This document shows positions 57,385 through 64,000 of a stretch of DNA of 64,000 nucleotides, piece by piece. The first letter of the stretch is position 1; each line of letters starts with the position of its first letter. Position numbers and translations under genes: made by a program. A model generated the notes under the pieces. It had not been told where the DNA came from. It searched no databases and was given only the letters and a program-made list of their open reading frames with translations. The DNA lies in contig JAKFXN010000003.1 in NCBI GenBank assembly GCA_021731405.1, positions 44,676-108,675 on the forward strand. Direction: 5' to 3'. The stretch is from Candidatus Parcubacteria bacterium (GTDB lineage: Bacteria; Patescibacteriota; Minisyncoccia; Phycocordibacterales; UBA918).

Positions 57385-58059
57385 CTAAATCATGCCTCCT
57401 GCGAGGAGGTCATCTAGGTCTTTCTTCTTGCTCTTTTGGCCTGGGGTAGAAACGGGCTTTTCAGCTGGTATTTCAACCACCTCATGCTTTTTAGGCATTT
57501 TGGCTGTATAGGTACCTTTACTGCCCGGAATACGCTCCAAAGTGATGGTAAAGCCCTTAGGACTGCGTTTTATCTCATCAGCTATCTTATATTCGGTCGG
57601 AATAACCCGAAGAAAGCGGTCTAGGCGCTCCTTAAGAAACGCCTCTTCCATGTACTTGTATCGTCCCCAAAGGAACAAGTCTACCTTTACGCGGTGTCCC
57701 TCTTCGAGCCATTCAGCAGTGCGACGAGCCTTGAGTTGTTGGTCATGGTCACCAGTTCCGATCTTTACCTGCACGTTCTTGGTCTCGGTCACGTGCGACT
57801 TTGCTTTCATTTCACTCGCTTTTCGGCCAGCTTGGTAGCGGAACTTACCAAAGTCCATAATCTTCGCCACCGGCGGCTTCGCCTTAGGTGAGATTTCAAT
57901 CAAGTCGAGGTTAAACGACTCCGCTGCCTTAAGGGCATCAGCGATAGTGAGGAGACCAAGGTTTTCACCTTCTGGTCCAACCACACGAAGCTCTGTCGCC
58001 TTGATAGCGTGATTGATACGAGTCTTAATATTGGTTTGGCTTGAATAGTTCTTTAACAA
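57385..58059 (-). CDS. infC: translation initiation factor IF-3 with Lys-rich C-terminal extension
   Basis: RINHAIKATELRVVGPEGENLGLLTIADALKAAESFNLDLIEI. Confidence 0.9.
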   Translation of the reverse strand: MLKNYSSQTNIKTRINHAIKATELRVVGPEGENLGLLTIADALKAAESFNLDLIEISPKAKPPVAKIMDFGKFRYQAGRKASEMKAKSHVTETKNVQVKIGTGDHDQQLKARRTAEWLEEGHRVKVDLFLWGRYKYMEEAFLKERLDRFLRVIPTEYKIADEIKRSPKGFTITLERIPGSKGTYTAKMPKKHEVVEIPAEKPVSTPGQKSKKKDLDDLLAGGMI

Positions 58060-58222
58060 GAAAATGGTGCTTATGTGATAAAAGTCGGCTCGGTCTTAGT
58101 TGAGTGATGCCTGTGAACCTCGTAGAGATACGAGGCTTCCAACGTTTGGCAACTATTGGTACCAAGAATTTACCATATTGCTGGCTTTTAGCAACTACAA
58201 TGAAGTGCTTTTTCTGGGGTAT

Positions 58223-59683
58223 TTACCCGTTTAGGTACTGCAAAGCGACTTTTTGGTACACTTCTTTTTTAGCCGGATCCATTTTGGCCAACAGTCTTGG
58301 CATCATTGAGAGGCGGTGGTTTGAGAGAAAGAAATGTTGTTGGTCATTGATGAAGTTCCAATACAAGCTCGTCCATACTTCCTCCCAGTTCCCAGTGGGA
58401 AAGTCAGACATTTTTTTGAGATAGTTGCTACCACTAATATATGGCTTGGTGGCAAAGAGTCCGCCATCAGCAAACTGGCTCATGCCATAGACGTTTGGCA
58501 CCATTACCCAATCATAGGCGTCTACATACATTGCCATAAACCACCGGTAGACTTGGTCGGGGTCAGTTTTTGAGAGAAGCATGAAGTTCCCGAGCACCAT
58601 CAGTCTATCGATATGGTGATTGTACCCATATTTGAGAGCCTTAGTAATGGCGGTATCAATGGGGAAGATGTTGGTTGTGCCAGTCCAAAAACTAGGTGGT
58701 AGTGAGCGTTTGTGTTTAAAGAAATTTGTACTACGCATCTTTCGTCCATCTACCGCGTAGGCGGCGCGAATAAACTCGCGCCAGCCTAGTATCTGGCGCA
58801 CAAAACCCTCAAGTGAGTTCATGGGGACGTCATGCTTTTGTGCGTAGGTGATTGCTTCATTGATAACTTCAGTTGGGTTTAAGAGTCCGATATTGAGGAG
58901 GGGAGAGATGGCTGAGTGAAATAGTCGTACCTGTGAAGTCACTAGGGCATCTTCATATGGTCCAAATTGTGAAAAGCGGGTTTCTAGAAAATCAACCAAG
59001 AACAGCTTAGCGTCTTTCCGTGTATAGGGTATCCAAACATTTGGTACTCCATAGTGCTCACCTGGAAGCTCAGTCAGCCACGCTTGTGCGGCAGCGACCC
59101 GCTCGTCTTTGATGAAAGTAATGTCTACGGGAATCTCAACAGTCTTTGGCATCTTCTGTCTATTCTCATCATCAAAGCTCCATTTGCCACCGCGTGGCGT
59201 ACCGTCAATTTCAAGCAATATCTTATAATCTTGGCGCAGTGTTTTATAAAAGCGAGCCATCAGACGCCCTGATTTCTGGTAACGCTCAGCAAAATCAGAC
59301 TTAAGTATAAAAAGTTCAGAGGGATAGAAGGTACGAGTAATCCCGAATTGAGCCGAGTAGAGTTCAATTCGTTGTTCGAGCCAATCGTCAGTAGTATCAG
59401 CGCAGTGTATTTCAGTTATTCCGTCAGCGGCTAATTTTTTGAAGACAGCCTCTGTTGTAGTGTATTCACGAACATCAAAATATCTGACCGTAAACCCAGA
59501 CGCCTCGAGTTCTTGCTTGTATGCCTGAAGCGAGAGACGGTGGAGCAGAAGTTTTTGACGATGGACAAGAAATTCAGTGAGGAACAAAGATTCTTCTACG
59601 AGATATACAGGGTGTGCTAGGTTAAAACCAGCGAAGGTTGTTTCGTATAGTTGATGGGGGTAGATAAGAGTCGCAGAAGACAT
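58223..59683 (-). CDS. cryptochrome/photolyase-related protein (COG3046 / FeS-BCP (6-4) photolyase-like)
   Basis: 486 aa; GWREFIR and C-terminal YISGSNY-type region characteristic of the photolyase-related family. Confidence 0.6.
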   Translation of the reverse strand: MSSATLIYPHQLYETTFAGFNLAHPVYLVEESLFLTEFLVHRQKLLLHRLSLQAYKQELEASGFTVRYFDVREYTTTEAVFKKLAADGITEIHCADTTDDWLEQRIELYSAQFGITRTFYPSELFILKSDFAERYQKSGRLMARFYKTLRQDYKILLEIDGTPRGGKWSFDDENRQKMPKTVEIPVDITFIKDERVAAAQAWLTELPGEHYGVPNVWIPYTRKDAKLFLVDFLETRFSQFGPYEDALVTSQVRLFHSAISPLLNIGLLNPTEVINEAITYAQKHDVPMNSLEGFVRQILGWREFIRAAYAVDGRKMRSTNFFKHKRSLPPSFWTGTTNIFPIDTAITKALKYGYNHHIDRLMVLGNFMLLSKTDPDQVYRWFMAMYVDAYDWVMVPNVYGMSQFADGGLFATKPYISGSNYLKKMSDFPTGNWEEVWTSLYWNFINDQQHFFLSNHRLSMMPRLLAKMDPAKKEVYQKVALQYLNG

Positions 59684-59704
59684 TGATACTTTATACTAGC
59701 AGAT

Positions 59705-59845
59705 ATGGCTACAAAAGAAACGAAGCTCTGCCTCGCGTGCAAAAAGCCGTTTTCAAATAGAAAATCTTGGAAGCTTCGAAACCAGTGGGAGCAAGTACTG
59801 TACTGCAGTACCCGCTGCAAAAACGGCAAAAGTAAAACAGTCTAA
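59705..59845 (+). CDS. unannotated 46-aa DUF2256-like C4 zinc-ribbon protein
   Basis: MATKETKLCLACKKPFSNRKSWKLRNQWEQVLYCSTRCKNGKSKTV: CxxC...CxxRC spacing and the usual photolyase-adjacent position of DUF2256; below the ORF-track length cut-off. Confidence 0.55.
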   Translation: MATKETKLCLACKKPFSNRKSWKLRNQWEQVLYCSTRCKNGKSKTV

Positions 59846-60690
59846 TTCCGTGGCGGTAGGGGAATGAAGTAACTTGTCTTCCTCATATAGGCACGGTACT
59901 CCTCGCCGTACTTTTCAATAAAAATATTTTCGAGCATTGGACCCGTGACCTTGGTAACAATATAAGTAATCAGAAGCGGGCTCAAAAGAGCTAGTGGTCC
60001 ATAAGGAAGAGGCAATACAATAAGAGCCAGTCCCCACCAGATCAGTGTTTCACCAAAATAATTTGGTCGGCGGCTATATCTGAAGAGTCCTGTCACCATA
60101 AGATTGTTTGGTTCAGTCCCCGCTTTTTTGCGTGCAATAAAACTATCCAGTTGGTAGTCAGCGGTACTTTCAATAGTAAGACCAAGCAAAAAGACCAAGA
60201 GACCGAGATACAAAAACGTCTCATTTACCGCAGGCGCTCCCAGACTAATAATGAACGGGAGTGAAACAATAACAATAATCACGCCTTGCAGGATATTGAT
60301 CTGGAGATAACTGCGAAGCAAAAAGTACCACTGGCCCTTTTGGCTCCACGCAGTTCGCCAAGCAGCATATCGAGCATCTTCTGGCATCCCATGATTCTTT
60401 TTGTATATGCGGAAGCCAAGTCGTAGTGACCAGAGTGCTATAGCAGCCAAAATATAGAGAGAAACAGTTGACCTGCTGCCAATGATAATAAAAGTGCTCA
60501 AACTAGCTGCGAGGAAAAGTGGCCCGTAGGCAATGTCCATGATGCTGTTGTCTTTTTTTAGTAGTGCCAATAGAAAAACGCCGGTTACTAGGGCGAGTAA
60601 AACTCCACTAAAAATACTGATGTTGAAAAGAAATGATTCCATAGTTATAGAAATAGTGTACCATCTGTTACAATAATCTTGATATGCCAA
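59842..60690 (-). CDS. DUF1295 / steroid 5-alpha-reductase-like membrane protein
   Basis: GLFRYSRRPNYFGE motif in polytopic membrane protein; likely start MESFLFN (60642). Confidence 0.6.
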   Translation of the reverse strand: MAYQDYCNRWYTISITMESFLFNISIFSGVLLALVTGVFLLALLKKDNSIMDIAYGPLFLAASLSTFIIIGSRSTVSLYILAAIALWSLRLGFRIYKKNHGMPEDARYAAWRTAWSQKGQWYFLLRSYLQINILQGVIIVIVSLPFIISLGAPAVNETFLYLGLLVFLLGLTIESTADYQLDSFIARKKAGTEPNNLMVTGLFRYSRRPNYFGETLIWWGLALIVLPLPYGPLALLSPLLITYIVTKVTGPMLENIFIEKYGEEYRAYMRKTSYFIPLPPRN

Positions 60691-61286
60691 AAGTCAGTAC
60701 CGAGACAACTGAGGCTCCAAAACGTGCTCCTCGCAAGCGCGCCGTTCGTCGAGTAGTTTCAAGTGACGATGCTCCAGTACGGAGAACACGCGTGACTGCA
60801 CCAGCAAGAGAAGCTGTTGAGACTGCTTCAGTCCGCCGCGCCCCTACGAGAATGGTTAGTACCGAGCGCAAAAATCGTAACAAGCTTTATGCCAGTCTTG
60901 CGGTTACTGTTTTTATAGCAGGCGCAGCAACTTGGATCGGGGTGTCTGATGCCGGAGTGATTGATGTGGACGCACGTATTACTGAAATGAATGAACGAGC
61001 TGCACAAAACGCCAGCGAAAATCAAACTGACCAAAACGGTGAAACGCGCAGTGTTGAGATTCCTGTCCAAAATACTCCGCCGGTGGTACCAGTCTCTAGT
61101 TTACGAGGACGGGGAGTGGGTACTGCTGCAGTAGAACAGCCCGCCCCAGTTGTGGACGAATCAGCTACAACCACCGAAGAAACAACTGACGCCGCTGCTG
61201 AAGAAGGTGAGGCACCAGTAGAGGAAACAGCGAGTGAAGAAGTACCAGCTGAAGGAGAAAGTGCAGAAGCGACACTGGCACAATAA
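60684..61286 (+). CDS. low-complexity, GC-shifted protein with basic N-terminus, one TM and acidic Glu/Thr/Ala-rich tail
   Basis: Composition only; terminator 61300-61330. Confidence 0.4.
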   Translation: MPKVSTETTEAPKRAPRKRAVRRVVSSDDAPVRRTRVTAPAREAVETASVRRAPTRMVSTERKNRNKLYASLAVTVFIAGAATWIGVSDAGVIDVDARITEMNERAAQNASENQTDQNGETRSVEIPVQNTPPVVPVSSLRGRGVGTAAVEQPAPVVDESATTTEETTDAAAEEGEAPVEETASEEVPAEGESAEATLAQ

Positions 61287-61299
61287 AATAGTAGTACAT

Positions 61300-61330
61300 A
61301 AAAAAGCGGTGCTTAAGCACCGTTTTTTTT
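61300..61330. terminator. bidirectional terminator
   Basis: aaaaaagcggtgcttaagcaccgtttttttt. Confidence 0.85.
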
Positions 61331-61721
61331 ATTTCCGCTTCTCACTACACTTCTCACAGCCGCAGCCATCTTTACCAATAAGGTCATCGAAGTACATTTT
61401 TCCGTAGTCATAGGTAAGTTCTTCTCCTACCTTTATATTACGTTTTGCAAAAATAAAGATATGCTCTTCCTTTTCGTCTAGTTCAGGGTAACAGTTTGGC
61501 CGACAGGAGTGGTTAAGGTAACGTGCTTTGTTTTCTCGACCCTTGCCGTCTATTGTCCAATTGTCATTAAGTTCAAAGAGATATTTTCCACCACGACGAT
61601 TGGCTTCTTCTTCAGTAATTTTTTCACCAGTGTATTCAATCACGAGGTCACCTTTCTTAAATGTCTCTCCGGCAAACAAACCAAGACCGCTACTACTTTT
61701 TTTAACTGTGACATTTTTCAT
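61329..61721 (-). CDS. SET-domain protein (putative protein-lysine methyltransferase)
   Basis: NHSCRPNC, ELTYDYG and C-terminal Cys cluster CGCEKC (post-SET) motifs. Confidence 0.8.
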   Translation of the reverse strand: MKNVTVKKSSSGLGLFAGETFKKGDLVIEYTGEKITEEEANRRGGKYLFELNDNWTIDGKGRENKARYLNHSCRPNCYPELDEKEEHIFIFAKRNIKVGEELTYDYGKMYFDDLIGKDGCGCEKCSEKRK

Positions 61722-61801
61722 CGTACCAGTATAACGAATAAAATTTTGTTTTGAACAGCAAGCTGAGGGAAAGTTTCTGTAAATTTTGTTACCATAGCAA
61801 T

Positions 61802-64000
61802 ATATGAATCAGTCCCTTTCCAAGTTCATTCGAGCGGCAGACTATTTGTCTGCCGCTCAAATTTATCTACGCGATAATTTTTTACTAACTGAGCCGCTGA
61901 AGCCAGAGCATATCAAGCCACGCTTGCTCGGTCACTGGGGCACCTGTCCTGGTGTTAACTTCACCTACGCTCATCTCAATCGCGCAATTATTGAGCATGA
62001 TCTTGATATGATGTTTGTCCTTGGGCCAGGCCATGGTTTCCCAGCAGTGCAGTCAAATCTATTTTTGGAGGGTACGCTTTCAAAATATTACCAGAATATT
62101 TCTCGTGACAAAAACGGTATTGCTGACATGTCCAAGCTATTTAGCTGGCCGTATGGTTTCCCGAGTCACAGTAACCCAGAAGCTCCTGGAGTGATTCTTG
62201 AAGGTGGGGAGCTGGGGTATGCGCTCGCTACCTCCTATGGAGCAGTACTTGATAACCCGAGTCTGATCGTCTCTTGTCTCATCGGTGACGGAGAAGCGGA
62301 GACTGGGCCAACCGCCACTGCGTGGCACCTGAGCAAGCTTGTTGATCCTGGGAAAAATGGCGCGGTGTTGCCAATCCTTCATCTCAATGGCTACAAGATT
62401 TCTGGGCCAACATTATATGGTCGAATGAACAACGACGAGCTCAGATCCCTCTTTATTGGCTACGGGTACGACCCAATTTTTGTGGATGCCTATGAAGGAG
62501 ATGACGTGCATGATCAAATGCGAGCGGCACTTGATAAAGCAGTGACTGACATTCGCTTTACCCAGCACTGCGCGCGTGAGATGACTCTCAAAGAGAACCC
62601 TCGTTGGCCGATGATTATTTTGCGTACCCCAAAAGGGTGGCACAGTATCAAACAGATCCGCGAAAAGAGAATCGAAGATAATCACTATTCTCACCAAGTA
62701 ATTGCCGAAGGCGCTGTCCATAATGAGGAAGAATTTCGTCTACTTGAAGAGTGGCTTCGCTCATACCGCTTTGAAGAGCTTTTTGACGGTGAGAAATTCG
62801 ACCAAGACATCGAATCTCTGGTTCCTCGACTAGATAGACGCATGGGTGATAATCCTCGGGCACATGGTGGTTCAACCTATCGTGCACTCAAGCTACCTGA
62901 CCTACAAAACTATAGTACTTCTGCCACCTGCAATCTTGACGACCCTATTTGTGGGGAAGTGAGTAGTATGGAGAAGATTGGTGAGTATCTCCGCGACATT
63001 ATGCGCATGAATGAAGACGAGAGAAATATTCGCCTCTTTTCACCAGATGAAACGTACTCCAACAAACTACAGGCTGTCTTTGAATACACTAAGCGGACGT
63101 TTGTATGGCCGCATCGAGAATGGGATAAGGACCTTGCTTGGGACGGGAGAGTAATGGAAATGCTTTCTGAACATAGTCTCCAGGGTCTTATTCAGGGGTA
63201 CATACTTACTGGCCGTCACGGTCTGTTTGTTTCCTATGAAGCTTTTGTGCAAATTGTAGCCAGTATGGCCGATCAATACGCAAAATTCTTAAAAATTGCC
63301 CGTGAGGTTCCTTGGCGAGGAACTATCTCATCATTGAACTATATTTTGACTTCAACTGGTTGGCGCCAAGAGCATAATGGTTTCTCTCATCAGAACCCAG
63401 GCTTCATAGATGGCGTGCTTCAGCGACAAGGATGCTTCACAAATGTGTATTTTCCAGCTGATGCCAACATTGCGCTGGCTACCTTTCATAAGATGATGAG
63501 TTCTACTCGTGAAATCAACGTGATGGTGTGCGAGAAGAGGCCGCTACCAATTTGGCGTACGCTTGAAGAAGCAGAAAAAGATGTGCGTGACGGACTATCA
63601 ATTTGGAACTTTGCGAGTGATGAAGACCCACACATTGTTATTGCTTCAGCCGGTGACTATCCAACACAAGAAGCATTGGCGGCAGTGAGTATTATTCGCA
63701 CCAAATTGCCTGAGCTCAGGATTCGTTTTGTGAACATCACTTCATTATCTGCGCTCGGAATGGGTAACTCTGAGTGTCGCGTGTTAGCACATGATTTTGC
63801 TGAATATTTCACAAAAGACAAACCAATCATCATCAACTTCCACGGCTACCCACAAACGATGAAGCAGGTGTTGTTTGATTATGGGTGTGATTCTAAACGG
63901 GTGAGTATTCATGGATATGAGGAGGTTGGCTCAACTACCACTGCCTTTGATATGATGGTTCGCAATCGTGTTGACCGGTACCATCTTGCTATGGAGGCGT
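61802..64000 (+). CDS. xfp: xylulose-5-phosphate/fructose-6-phosphate phosphoketolase (3' end outside window)
   Basis: LGHWGTCPG, EGGELGYAL, GDGEAETG TPP-binding motifs; frame open to window end, so absent from the complete-ORF track. Confidence 0.9.

Noticed and set aside
62137-63276. Four 69-102-aa minus-strand ORFs near window end
   Set aside because: All lie antisense within the phosphoketolase reading frame, which is open to the window edge
1-64000. tRNA, rRNA and CRISPR arrays
   Set aside because: Scanned intergenic regions for T-loop GTTCGAATC/GGTTCRANYCC signatures and for regularly spaced short direct repeats; none found. The only tandem repeats are the two 97-nt cassette modules and the 23-nt pair at 27976

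Overview
The window is a 64-kb stretch of a small, moderately AT-rich bacterial chromosome whose backbone is the str / S10 / spc / secY-adk-map ribosomal superoperon. Backbone genes, in order: rpsL, rpsG, fusA, tuf, rpsJ, rplC-rplD-rplW-rplB, rpsS-rplV-rpsC-rplP-rpmC-rpsQ-rplN-rplX-rplE, rpsZ-rpsH-rplF-rplR-rpsE-rplO-secY, adk, map, ndk. The infC-rpmI-rplT operon lies on the opposite strand. No rpmD is present and several r-proteins carry Lys/Ala-rich extensions, which is reminiscent of CPR/Patescibacteria-like lineages; that placement is inference only. The conserved operons are interrupted by accessory insertions, each bounded by strong bidirectional hairpin terminators and fresh sigma70-like promoters. 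The largest is a ~14-kb block between rplB and rpsS. It carries a ribitol/glycerol-phosphate-type glycopolymer cluster (SDR, IspD/TarI-like, TagF-like, UbiA, polytopic membrane protein). It also carries a Cys-rich secreted peptide with a TPR protein, a rhodanese and a DsbA-like oxidoreductase, followed by an ECF sigma / anti-sigma / DUF4349 module. Finally it holds two tandem copies of a ~97-nt promoter-operator-RBS cassette driving unrelated small ORFs. Three short GC-rich or GC-shifted single-gene cassettes (fusA|tuf, inside the glycopolymer cluster, rplE|rpsZ) are compositional outliers with their own RBS and terminators. Other notable content: ComEC split around an antisense sod gene, a pyridine-nucleotide-disulfide oxidoreductase fused to DedA, a SET-domain protein, a photolyase-related gene next to an unannotated DUF2256 mini-ORF, phosphoketolase, several candidate structured leaders / ncRNA regions, and a perfect 28-bp palindrome. 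No tRNA, rRNA or CRISPR array was recognised.
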